From the human T2T-CHM13v2.0 reference genome, Homo sapiens: a stretch of DNA of 64,000 nt. Shown here one piece after another: positions 47,350-59,094 of the stretch. The position numbers and the translations under genes were made by a program. The stretch lies in NCBI RefSeq assembly GCF_009914755.1, contig NC_060936.1; one strand, 5' to 3'. The notes under the pieces are model-generated. The model had not been told where the DNA came from, ran no database searches, and was given only the letters and a program-made list of their open reading frames with translations. The number at the start of each line of letters is the position of its first letter. Within the stretch, counting starts at the first letter, position 1.

Positions 47350-48109
47350 CCTAAATATACCTTCCAGCTATAAGAATTTCATGTTTTAGTATAATCCTAT
47401 GTAAAAGATACAACATTCAAAGAAAAGAAACATTCCTATGCTGATTTAATCTATAGACATTATATAGGTTCTAAGTTTATCTTGAGCTGATTTCATTAAC
47501 TATAAAAGTTGGTATATTTATAGCAAATTAGCTAAGTTTTGAATTAAAGCCTTATCCTAAATGGCCATAAAATCCATTTACTTTCCAACACACTTACTTT
47601 TTGTTCACAATATATTTTTTGTTTGGAAAGATATCCAAATAATTTCATCAATCATACTTTAATTTATTCACACATTTTCTTGCCAGTTAATGGTTATCTC
47701 TGTTATAGTAAGATACACTAGAGCAGAAATATAGACAAGCAAAGGAGTCTGGCCCCATCACCATAATGGATTACTATACTTGTCTGCTTTGCTTGACTCT
47801 TTTACAAATTTACACAGCACTAAGGATATGGTACAAGGGTAGAGCAAGACTGCACAGAAATGACAGAGGCCAGAGGAGCCCCTTACATCCGCTGAGGAGA
47901 CTGCACTTCAGTAGACTACTGAGTCAGGGAAGCCACAGTAAAGCTTTAGAGGTTCCTACCCTAGGCTGTGAGGGAGACCCCTTCTGGGAGAGGGGTGGTG
48001 AGAGCTCAAGTAATATTAACCAAAGTAACAAAATGCTCATGAATATTTACAATACACATGAAACTTACTTATACCTGTGGAAAACTGCCTTTGTGCTGCT
48101 TATAGTAAA

Positions 48110-48330
48110 TCAAACAAATCATCCCTCCCTCAGTTCTGCAACAGCCACCAAACAGCTGTGTGATGTTGAGCAAGCAACTTCACTTTTCCAAGTCTTAGAT
48201 TTCTCATATGTAATATAATATTTGTCTTGCAAGGTGTTTTAAGGAATAGATGAGGTAACATGCAAAGCATTTAACCCAGTACCTGATACATACAGTACAA
48301 GGAGTTCAAAAATATTAATTCTCCTTTCTA
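48110..48330 (+). mobile_element. MIR
   Basis: cagctgtgtgatgttgagcaagcaacttcac...tagatgaggtaacatgcaaagcatttaacccagtacctgatacata. Confidence 0.75.
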
Positions 48331-48951
48331 TCTCTGTCCTTTCTAGTACTATCACGAACTTTGTCTTTGATCATCATCACAATCATCAACAACAAAAACC
48401 TTGTTTCTCTTCTCCCGCTCTCATTCTCTTTCACTCCCCTACCTACCTGAACATTTATTGAGCTGCTACAAAGTCTCAGCCAATGTGCTAGACCCTTGGG
48501 AATACAGGGATAAATAAGTTGCCATCCTTTCCCCTAGTACATACATTCTAGTGAGGAAGCAGACAAATAAATGTACTATTATTATTCCTAATGTGTGAAA
48601 AGTGGGTATAGAGGCAGCACAGAGAAATGGCACCTAAACTTTGTTGTAGGATCTGGGAGTGTTTGTGGAGGCATTCCAAAGGAGTTTAGTCTCAGGGGTT
48701 GAGCAAGTGTTACCCAGATGTGGTGGTGTGGGATGTGGAGAAGAGTTGGGTTGGGAATGTGAGAGAATTCCTGGTGGAGAACAGCACATGTACAGATGGG
48801 GTGAGAACAGCATATGTACAGGTAGGGGTAAGCTGGTGCTATATGAGAAAGCATGGAATAAGTTATTAAGTTTGACCTGCTTGGGAACTGAGGGGCAGGT
48901 GTGAGGGATGAAGCAGGAGTAGGTAGGGGCTAGATCACAAAAGTTCTATGC

Positions 48952-49140
48952 CAGTGTTTCTCACAGTGTGATTCCCAGCCCAGTAGCATGATATCACTTG
49001 GGATCTTGTTAGAAATACAAATTCTTATACATCACCCTGGACTAGACCACCTGAATAACAAAAGTTGGGCATGAGGCCTACAAATTTTTAAAAAAGTCAT
49101 ACAGGTGATTGCAATGCATGCTAAAGTTTGAGAAACACTC
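48952..49140. mobile_element. MER5A
   Basis: cagtgtttctcacagtgtg...aaagtttgagaaacact; 8-bp TSD TTCTATGC at 48944-48951 and 49475-49482. Confidence 0.85.
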
Positions 49141-49142
49141 TT

Positions 49143-49471
49143 TGCTGTGGTTTGAATATTTGTGTCCTTCCAAAATTCATGTAGAAACCATCTCCAATGT
49201 TATAGTATTAAGAGGAGGGACCCTTGGGAGCTGATCAGATCATGAAGTCTCCTTTCTTATAAAGGGGATTAAAAGCCTTGGCCCTTTTACCCTTTGTCCA
49301 TGTAAGGACACAGTGTTGGAAGCAGGGACTGGGTTCTCACCAGAAACAGAACCTGCCAGCCTCTTGGTCTTGGACTTCTCAGCCTCCACAATTGTGAGAA
49401 ATAAGTTTCTGTTGTTTATAAGTTAACCAGTCTCAGGTATTTTGTAATGGCAGCACAAAGGGGCTAAGAAA
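49143..49471 (+). mobile_element. MaLR solo LTR (MSTD/MLT1A-like)
   Basis: tgctgtggtttgaatatttgtgtcc...gtgagaaataagtttctgttgtttataag...gctaagaaa; TSD ctctt / ctgtt. Confidence 0.85.
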
Positions 49472-50719
49472 CTGTTCTATGCCCTAACAAGAAATGTGGT
49501 CACTTTCCTGAAGGAAATGGGGATATATATAAAGATGTTATATAAGACTCGTAATATTTATTTGGAAGGCTTGCTCTGCAAGCAAGGTGGAAGAGCAACA
49601 TGAAGGAAGCGTGGTGGAGGTGAGAGGACTGGAGGTTAAGTTGGTAGGGAGATACAGGAAAGAAGCTTATGACACTTGAGTTAAAATGTAGCATCCTTCC
49701 TATGTGTAGGGCTCATAAAAATGTATAGTCTAAGATGGAACACAGAATACTCTATGAATCCTGCCCACAAGGTGTTGGTAATCTAGATTCACTTTTTTTT
49801 TCTGATAATGCCATCCATATGTATGGAGCGTCTACTACTGTATGCCAGAGTGACTCTGGAATCGGTTTGGTTGATCTAGACAAGACCATAAGGAGAGTCC
49901 CCTTACTACCTCTTCTCCAGGGGAGGGATTCAAGTTGAACTAGTACTTCAGAGACTGTTTAGTAATATCATGCATGAAAGGTGATGGTTAGGACAGAAAA
50001 ATAAATGGATTGCATCATAATTCCTCAGGTTCTCCAAATATGTGGTGGTCTCAAACCATGTGAATTGGTCTGCACATCCTGTTTGGGTTGCGTGTCAGCA
50101 GTTGAGATCTGAGCCTTATTTGTAACAGTGAAACAGTGAGAGACCTGCCCACTGAAAGCTGTTTTTCAGCTAGGAATAGAAAAGGGCCAGGCTAGACTCC
50201 TCTTTCTGCTGGATCTTGCTTCTTCTCAGCAATAGAAGTAGACCTGCCTTCCTAGCTGTAGAGAAAAGGTGCCGGTAGGCGGGCAGGTGAGCCTGTGGAT
50301 AATCCTGGAGTAAAGGTTCAATAGACCTTCAAGTCTATCCTACAGGATTCGGAGTGAGGGGAGAGAAAAGGAGACGCTTCTCTGGCTGAGAGAGGAAGAG
50401 AAAAAAAAATCCCAGATATCTGACAGCTATATCTTCCCATCACCACCTTCCTCTAAACCCATGCCTCTCTGTTTAGTAGGACATAAAATGAAGAGTGACC
50501 CACCCCCCACCCCCAGCCCATCCCCCGTTTGTAGGTGTGCTTTCAATGAAAATAAGTCGGTGTTCATGGACGGAAACTAGAGCAGCTGAAAATAGATGCA
50601 AGACTTGTTGAGCATACAAATCATTTCCCCCTTAGTCTCCAAGGGAGGAAAAAAAATCCCTCTTACTCTCCTTGCAGCCTGTGTTCTGCATTCTGGAGAG
50701 GAAGCTGAGGCTGGTCCTC

Positions 50720-51780
50720 AGGCGCTCCTCCCGCCGTTCCCGCAGGAAACTTTTCTCGCAGGGCCCGCTCCGTCCATCCCGCGCGGTTCCAAGACGGTGG
50801 GCCTCCCGTGGGCTCCTCTCCTGGGCAAGGGCCCAGACCCCGCGACGCGCCTGTCTCTTTAAATTCCAGCTGCGCGGCTGGGAAACAGCGCCACTCGCCG
50901 CCCAGGCCGGCTGGAGGCTGAGAGCGAGCTCGCGCTTTCGCTCCCGGCTGCGCGCCGCGGAGAGCTGGGCTCGGCCCGCGGGCTGCTAGGTGGCGGCGGC
51001 GCGGGGCGGGGAGGCGCGGCCCGGCGGAGGAGGGAAGAAAGAGCGAGCCGGGCCGGGAGAGGCGCCGCGCCCGGTCCCGCGCCCGGTCCCGCACCCGCTC
51101 TCAGCGGCCCAAGCAGTTTCTTTCTGGGTGACAAGAATGTGCCTCGGTTGGTTTTTCTTTTTTTTCTCCATCTCCTTAAGACGATTTCCATAGTAACCTG
51201 ATCAAGTGGCTCAAAATCGCAAACCTGAGGATTTCCGCGGCCCGCCGGCAAGACCTCGGCCAGGTAACGCTGCGATCTCCTCCTCTTCCATTGCAAACCG
51301 CTGCGCTCCTTGCAAAGTTCCTTTTGTGGAAAATCGCCCAGCCCAAGGGAGCCCGGGGTATTTGCAACAGCGTGTTCATTTCCAGGTGCCTGTCACGGGT
51401 CTCCTCCCTGCTGCTTCTCCAGGACCCATGATGAGATTATTTTTAAAAATTGTTTTTGGTCGTCTCCCCCGCCCCCTCCCCTTCTTTATTTTTTTCCTCT
51501 TCGCTGCACTCTTCTCGGCTTTTCCCCTGACACTACTGATGGGGGTGCGGGGGGACGTCGGGGATGGGGGTGGCCAGCGCGGTCCTGGGAGTGGCGGGTT
51601 CGGATGGGCTGGCTGCGGTGGGCCACTTTGGGCATCTCGGCGTGGCCTGCGCCGGGGTCACGGGGAGGGCTGTCAGCGCCAGGGCGGCGGAACCCGAGGT
51701 CTCCAGACGAGTGAGGGAGGGATGCAGGCTTGGGGGTGATGGAGCGCTTGGCTGGTGGCTGGTGAGCGTCCATACATCAT
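50720..51780. promoter_or_regulatory. CpG island / probable RNA polymerase II promoter
   Basis: Abrupt rise in GC and CpG density, not repeat-derived. GC box GGGGCGGGG at 51003-51011, TATA-like TTTAAAT at 50858-50864, E-box CAGCTG at 50867-50872. Confidence 0.92.
50900..51263 (+). other. Probable non-coding first exon (5'UTR) of a + strand gene; TSS position approximate
   Basis: Lies within the CpG island and ends at a good donor CAG|GTAACG (51263/51264). No long ORF crosses the donor from a good ATG. From memory it resembles the upstream exon of human SGMS2, but this is unverified, so no symbol is assigned; BLAT is needed. Confidence 0.65.
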
Positions 51781-51935
51781 AGCTCTCCTTCCCACTCCCC
51801 CGCCCCTCTTCGGGATTCTCTCTTTCTCTTTCCCCGTCCTCATTTCTTTCTTCCTTTACTCACCACTCGCTTCATTCTCTTCCTTCCATTTCCCCTTTTT
51901 TTCTCCCCTCATTTCCTTTTTTTCCTTTCCCTTTT
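51781..51935. repeat. Low-complexity polypyrimidine (CT-rich) tract
   Basis: Almost entirely C/T over ~150 bp. Confidence 0.85.
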
Positions 51936-53600
51936 AAAGAAAGGGGAATCGTTTGTAACCCTTTCGTTCTACCAACGTGGAATAGCTGTGAAACCTGCAG
52001 CGTGGTCACCTCAGCCTGGTCGTTTTCAGACCCGTCCTCATCCATCAACATATTTGTTTCCCGAGTCTATTGATCTCCCTGAATTCTACAGAAATGCATT
52101 CTAAGCTAGGCGCCTGTATGTCAGAATCAGTTCTGCAGGTAGCTTCCGTGCTCCAAGTATGACATGTATTGTAAGGGCTGCATCTGTTTTAAACCCACAT
52201 AAGCCATGGGTATAAATAAATGTAGCTTTGAAAAAAAATCTGGCCTTATTCTAGATAAACTTCCCTCTTAAATTACTGATATACTCTTCTCCCTCTTTGA
52301 CATTTAATTTTAGGAAAGTTGGGAGACAGGTTCTTGTCCTCCAGTTTTTAAGGAGCAGGCAACTTCTATTATCTTAATTTTCTCGTCTTTGAACATCACT
52401 CACGTTTGCACTACCCAGTCAGTGGAACGAGTGGGTCATAATTAAGGTTCAGATTCTAGCTTCCAACGTCCAAGCTGGCTGGAGTGGCAACCTCTGGTAC
52501 AGGGTCCTAAGAAAACTGGAGAGCCAGGCAGACCTTGCCAAAGAATAAAGGCATAGCAACTCTTTTGTGAAATATCGAAATTCAGACTGTAGTACTGAAA
52601 ACATGAAAATACAATGAAACCAGGCTTTTAGTTTGTTTTTGGTTCTTAGCATGGGTACAACTAGGTAGGTATAAATTAGTACTTCTTAAAAATGATCCAC
52701 TCTAGTTTAGAACCTATTCTGCCTTGTTTTTGTTAAGGCACTTCCTTACTATGGTTATATATTTTTTTCTTTGAAACATAAGATGTCTGTATCATGTGAA
52801 AACAAAGGCAAAAACCAGGAGGACTTTTATTTGTCCATAAAAATTTTATTTCTGGTTTTTTTATTAAAAAAAAATCTAGTTGTTTTGCTCAAGTTTTCCC
52901 GAGGTCAAAATATTTCACGTGGAAAAATGATTCTAATCAATGAGGTTCCTCCGCTCTGTTTTAGAGGTGCATATAGTTTATATAGAAAAAAGTCTCAGTT
53001 TGAGAGAGCTCTATTTGCCTCTTTTCCTTTGTCTGCACATTTGTCTTTTAAATTCAACTATTAATATAGGATAAAGGATCTTAGGGCAGAGAATAGATCA
53101 GGCAGAAGGGAGACTACTGATATAATAGAAGATATGTACGTAAACCAAGAGAAGTAATTATTGGCATGCCACTCCACACAGTTGTTGTCTTTGTTTTTAG
53201 CCAATTTAAAGGCTGTACACTGAAAATGTATTATTTTCTGAATTCTGCACCTAATGCTGTTCGTACCCAAGATCATATTTATCCAGTTCAGTTGAATATT
53301 TACAAAAGACTTAAAATTCCCTTGCCACTGAAATCCAAATAGCATGTTCTTCTTCTAAAATTTCTTTTTTTTCTAGTGAACAGTGATAGTAGTAATGGTC
53401 CTGCATTATTGTTTTTATCTGACTTCCAATTTTGGTGTTCCCTGGGTGGGTGGGTTTTCCTGACACATTTACAAGATGCTTTTGGCAGGTTGGCTGGAAT
53501 TTGAAGGCACATTTAATTGTAGGTGCAATAAAATATTCATTTTCTCTTGTTCTTGGTTTGAGATGTCATGCCCTTTTGGTCACTTATATTTTGGTGTGAC

Positions 53601-53628
53601 TGTGTGTGTGTGTGTATGTGTTTGTGTG
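53601..53628. repeat. Imperfect (TG)n
   Basis: tgtgtgtgtgtgtgtatgtgtttgtgtg. Confidence 0.85.
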
Positions 53629-54206
53629 AAGGATTTAACAAAGTCTGTTCTAACTGTCATGTGATTTGAAGTTAAAAGGTATGTTAGTGACAAGCCACAA
53701 ATTTCTCTTATTTATAGTACATTGATCCTGAAACCATTTTTTCCCTTGTGATTTCTTCTGTGCATGGATCATTTAACGAAAGGTTGGCAATGATGAGCTA
53801 TTTTTTTATAATAGGAAAAAAATTCCTCAAGTTTACTTACCAAGTCATATTTTTATACAGAGGGATTAGCAAATATTTCTGATCTAATATTTTAATAGAC
53901 TGAATTGCTGACCACTGCTAATTACCAAGAATATATTTTCTTAATTCTGAAATTGCTGTACCTCTCAAGTTGTCTGGAGGACTCCAAGTGACCCAACTTG
54001 TAACTCATGGCAACAGGAAGTGGTTGTTCTGGGTGCAAGCTGAAGTGTGGACATGGACCCGTACTTTGTTAGCACTCGGGGACTTGATATGGAAAGAATT
54101 AATGTACTGGCTTTTTTGTATAGATGAATGTTAACTTTCTGACATTAGTCAGAACTACATCTCCCAAGCCTTGTTTTGCAGTGTCTGTCCCTTTGCTCTT
54201 CACTTA

Positions 54207-54784
54207 CAGTAAGTCCTTACTTAACTGACTTGATAGGTTCTTGGAAACTGCAACTTTAAGTAAAAGGAAGTATAATGAAACACTTTTATCACAGGCTAAT
54301 TGGTAGAAACAAGACTTAAGTTCCCATGGCATATTTCTGGTCACAAAAACATTTCCAAACTTCTCAAAACACTTCAATATTAAGCATTCAAATACATGTA
54401 AACTATGTATATATGTAAGAAAGGTTACTATAAACCAGATCAATATTTACCCAATTGTTTAAGTTCAGGGTCTTAGGTGGCTGGAGCCTATCCGAGTAGC
54501 TCAGGGCACAAGGCGGGAACCAGCCCTAGACAGGACACCATCCTGTTGCAGGGCACGTTCACACATGCCCACACGCAGGCTGGGACCATTTACATGTGCC
54601 AATTCACCTACCATGCACATCTTTGAGACGTGGCAGGAAGCAAGAGTACCTGGAGAAAATCCATACAGATATGGGGAGAATGTACAAACTCCACCCAGAC
54701 AGTGGACCCAGCCAGGAATCAACATTTGGGCAACATTATAATGAAACGAAGTTGAATGAAATGATGTCGTTCCACGACCTGCTG
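54207..54784 (-). mobile_element. Full-length MER6A (TcMar-Tigger non-autonomous element)
   Basis: cagtaagtccttacttaac...gacctgctg termini with TA TSDs at 54205-54206 and 54785-54786; internal ggagaatgtacaaactccac...gagtacctggagaaaatccatacaga. Confidence 0.9.
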
Positions 54785-56429
54785 TACTTGAGGGGTGTTA
54801 TAAAATTCTCAGAAGACAGAGGTTTAATGCTATCTTTTTAATAGAAAATAACTTATAGAGAAGTGTGCACATGTGACTTTGTGTGTAGCAGGAATCATTA
54901 GGATGAGAATCAGACGTAAGAGGTGGTGCCAACATGAGGAATGTTGAGATTCAGGGAGCTGTGGATGGAAGTAGAAGCCAGAAGGCCAGGGTTAGGTTCC
55001 TACTTCTTACTGTTTCAGTTATTGCAGTGTTGGCCTGTTTATTCACAGATGTCACCTAGCTTTGTTTTCTCAAGAAGAAAAATGAGCATAATCTTTCCTG
55101 TTATGAATTCTTAAACACACAGGACATAACCACAGACACAGAGGTGCACATATGTAGCAGTAATGGATACTAAATGACACACTCGGAGGAAACAGAAAAG
55201 ACTTCTGAATAGAGACTGGAGATACTTCCTTGGACCATTGATGAATGGGCAATGATGCATTTTTGTCTTCCATTCAGAAGGCTAATATATTGCTCTCTAT
55301 GTTCTATGGATAAAGGCAGTATATGCTCAAGGATGAATCACATAATATGCATAATAAATCCAGCAAGCATTACCCTTTTACTTATGTGACTGCAAGTAGG
55401 AATACATTTCCCCCACTCTAACCATGTAAGATTTCTTTCCCTTCTCCCATTTTGTAAGCAAAAGTAAGTTCCTGAAAGGTTAAATGGACCTCAGGATGGG
55501 AAAAATCCCCAGAGCTATCTTTCTGCACAGACTTCATTTTTTCTCCCAAGTCTGACTGTCAACTGCGATATCTGATATGAGGCTCTGGTGCTGATGTTTC
55601 CATAGGTCATCATCCTTCGGTGTCCCAGATGAAGTCTCAGGTCGAACATTGCAATAGCACAGATTCTGAATTTAATGCATCATTAAAGTTGGTTATGTAA
55701 CCCAATGGCCTTGTTAAACTCCAGATTTTTAAAATTATATGTATTTACTATTCTCTTATTTTAGAATGATCTCACAATGTTCACAAGAAATAAGCCCAGT
55801 CCCTGCAAAGACTTTAAAAGCTGCTTGTTCACATCATTAGATTGTACAACGCTTGTACAATGACACTTTTTGCTAATCTATGCAACATTTTTGTAACAAT
55901 TGTGCACATTTTAACTACTTCAGATAATCAGGACCTAGAGACTTCAAGATCTGGAAGCATTGCTGGTGACATAGAGCAAAAACTTTCTTGAGAATAGGAA
56001 GTCAGTGTTTTGACAAGTGATTTATAACAGTTCAGGTATAGCCAGGAAGGTTTGAAACAAACCTTAAGTATTATTTCTTTCATCTTGATTAGTATATATT
56101 TATATGTGATCTATTTATGTATATTAATAGATTTTTGGGTCTTATAGCCAGCTTTCATTTTTCTCTATTGGAAAAGATCTAAGTCCCCATCCTTCCTTGG
56201 TGGCTTTTGGTAGGTTTGTAGACAAAACATTGAAGAATCAATGGTACCTTTTATACATTAATACTGCCAATATGACCATAAAATCATATTTTTTGGGAAT
56301 TTATTCCCCCGATCAAAAGAAGCATTTGTTATTGAACACAGTCTTATGCTACCTTATTAAGATGTATCAAACACCCTGATTGATCAAAAACACCTCAGTC
56401 CATTTTAAGGCAGTATTGCCCAGCAATTA

Positions 56430-56630
56430 AAGATGTAGCTTCTGGAGGAGTCTTTCTGAGTTTGAATTCGTACTCTTCCACGTACTATATAGGTGATCTT
56501 GGGTAAACTTCTTGAGTCTCAGTATCCCCATCTGTAAAATTGTTGTAGAGAAGAATTTTTGTGATGATTAGGTGAGAGAATATATTAATGTAATATTTAG
56601 GAGAGCAACCAGCATGTAGCATATATTCAT
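56430..56630 (+). mobile_element. MIR
   Basis: ctgagtttgaattc...gtgatcttgggtaaactt...tctcagtatccccatctgtaaaat. Confidence 0.75.
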
Positions 56631-56885
56631 TACATATCAATTTCTATATTATTGATGTTCATACTGCTGATGTTGAAATGCACAGGAAGGCCACAGTTAT
56701 TTTCTGTTTAGATTGATTTTTCTTTTAAAGTCTGAACATAAACTGTAATACTGTGCTTATTTATATAGGAACTGTGATCTCGTCTCCTCCTTTTCCCATC
56801 TCCCCCTCTCTACCTTAGTTTTTCCTTATAGTCTCAAGCTGAAAACAATGACCAGGTGCCTAAGAGATAAGAATACTCTTTCTTT

Positions 56886-57229
56886 TGAACTCATGGCATT
56901 AGCAGTGACCTGGATGAGATTGGAGGCTATTATTCTAAGTGAAATAGCTCAGGAATGGAAAACCAAGCATTGTATGTTCTTACTTATAAGTGGGAGCTAA
57001 GCTATGAGGATACAAAGGCATAAGAATGACACCACAGACTTTGGAGACTTGGGGAAAGGGTGGGAAGGGGGTGAGGGATAAAAGACTACAAATAGGGTGC
57101 AGTGTATACTGCTTGGGTGGTGGGTGCACCAAAATCTCACAAATCACCACCAAAGAACTTACTCATGTAACCAAACACCACCTGTTCCCCAGTAACCTAT
57201 GGATATAAAAAAATTAAAAAAAAGAAAAA
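56886..57229 (+). mobile_element. L1PB1-like 3' end (heavily 5'-truncated)
   Basis: gagggataaaagactacaaatagggtgcagtgtatactgc...caccaaaatctcacaaatcaccac; degenerate TSD aagaa(t/a)actcttt(c/t)tt. Confidence 0.9.
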
Positions 57230-57349
57230 AAGAAAACTCTTTTTTGCAGGGGGCAGGTAAAGGGTAAGAGGGCATCCCATTTTTGAGTTTCTAGAAAAGC
57301 TTATCTTAACCTATTTTTTATATATATAGTGTGAAAGTTATCCATGAAT

Positions 57350-57784
<435 letters not shown>

Positions 57785-58555
57785 TTACAAGCTGTGACTG
57801 CCTACTAAAACCCCAATGTAATCCAATACTACAGGTTTGCTAAGGAAGGTTGTGGAATAATTTTTTTGTGAAGTCATTTGAAGTCTTACTTATGAGAAGA
57901 TGTCATTTGGTAAAAGATGTAATATTTCATTCTTAATTTATTTTTCTTTGTGTGCTCCAATATTCTAGGCTTCATTGCATAAGTAATTTTCTTTCATATT
58001 GAGATGGCCTTATCTGAAAAATGAATTATTGAATTATTATACCTTTTTAAAAAGTTTTATTATGGAAAGTTTTGAATGGACGTGAAAGTAGAAATGATGA
58101 CATGATGGATTTCAATGGATCCATCATTCAGTTTCAACAAGTTAGGTAACCTCTTCAGATCCTTTCCTGTGATTCTCTGACTATAGAAATTTTAATTCAC
58201 TCTGGTTTTGAGAATCTAGAATATCTGCTTTTTAAATAATATTGATCTACTATTGATAATATTGATGCTAAACTGATATAGATATTAACACCAAACATTT
58301 AATGGCAAGTCAGTAAACTAATATACACAAAATGATGAGTGAAAAATGTGTTAGAACTGAGCAAATAAAAGAAATCAGGGTTAGAAAACACAAGATTAGT
58401 TTGATTCAACATTTAAGCATCTCCTTGAAAGAGCTCATAAGATGTCATGATCAATATATTATCATATGTAAGAATACTTTTCAGGAAATTGTACAATAAA
58501 TAGTTCTAAAAGTATGTTGAGCATTAATCTTTCATTAGGAAGCTCATCTCAAGAT

Positions 58556-59094
58556 TGTAACTGTCAGACTCGGAGATAGTCCCCAGTGACCTTTTCCTAT
58601 TGCTATTCATGCTTTGTGAAGTCCCCTCCCACGTTATATATTCTGTGTGATCAATAGAAGATGACGGAAGTGATGGTGTATGACTTCTGAGGAAGTATGA
58701 CTTCTAAGGCTGTCATAAAAGATATTGCCATTTCCACCTTCCTCTATTGGATCACACACTCTGGAGAGAGCCAACTGCCGTGTCTTGGGAAGACTCAAGC
58801 AGTCCATGGAGATTCATGTGGCAAGAAAGTGAGGCCCTCTGCTAATAGCTCCAATTTACCAGTTGTATGAAGGAGCCACCTTGGTAGAGGGTCCTCCAGC
58901 CCTGGAACTCTTCAGATGACTGCAGTCCTGGGTAACATTTTACATCCTCTTGGGAGCCCCTGAGCCAGGACCAACCAGTTAAGATATTTCTGAAATCCTT
59001 ACCCACAGAAGCTGTGTGAATTATTAAATGTTTATTGTTAGAAACTGCTAAATTTTGGAGTAATTTGTTATGCAGCAGCAATAGATAACTAGTA
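58556..59094 (+). mobile_element. MLT1F-like MaLR LTR
   Basis: gaagtgatggtgtatgacttctgagg...cagatgactgcagtcctgg...ttttggagtaatttgttatgcagcagcaatagataact. Confidence 0.85.

Larger units (their letters stand above)
48440..49720 (-). mobile_element. L2 interrupted by MER5A and a MaLR LTR
   Basis: gaacatttattgagctgctac...gtgctagacccttgggaatacagggataaataag reverse L2 tail. Confidence 0.75.

Noticed and set aside
47766-48218. 150-aa ATG-initiated ORF on the + strand
   Set aside because: Runs into a MIR, has no recognisable motif or supporting exon structure, and is compatible with chance.
50596-51782. Several 100-177 aa overlapping ORFs on both strands
   Set aside because: Stop-codon depletion in GC-rich CpG-island DNA; Arg/Gly/Pro/Ala low-complexity products, mostly non-ATG starts, and they ignore the splice donor.
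58678-58709. 17-bp tandem duplication (gtatgacttct.agg) in MLT1F, and a similar 16-bp duplication in L1 at ~14825-14856
   Set aside because: Ordinary slippage duplications in neutrally decaying repeats.
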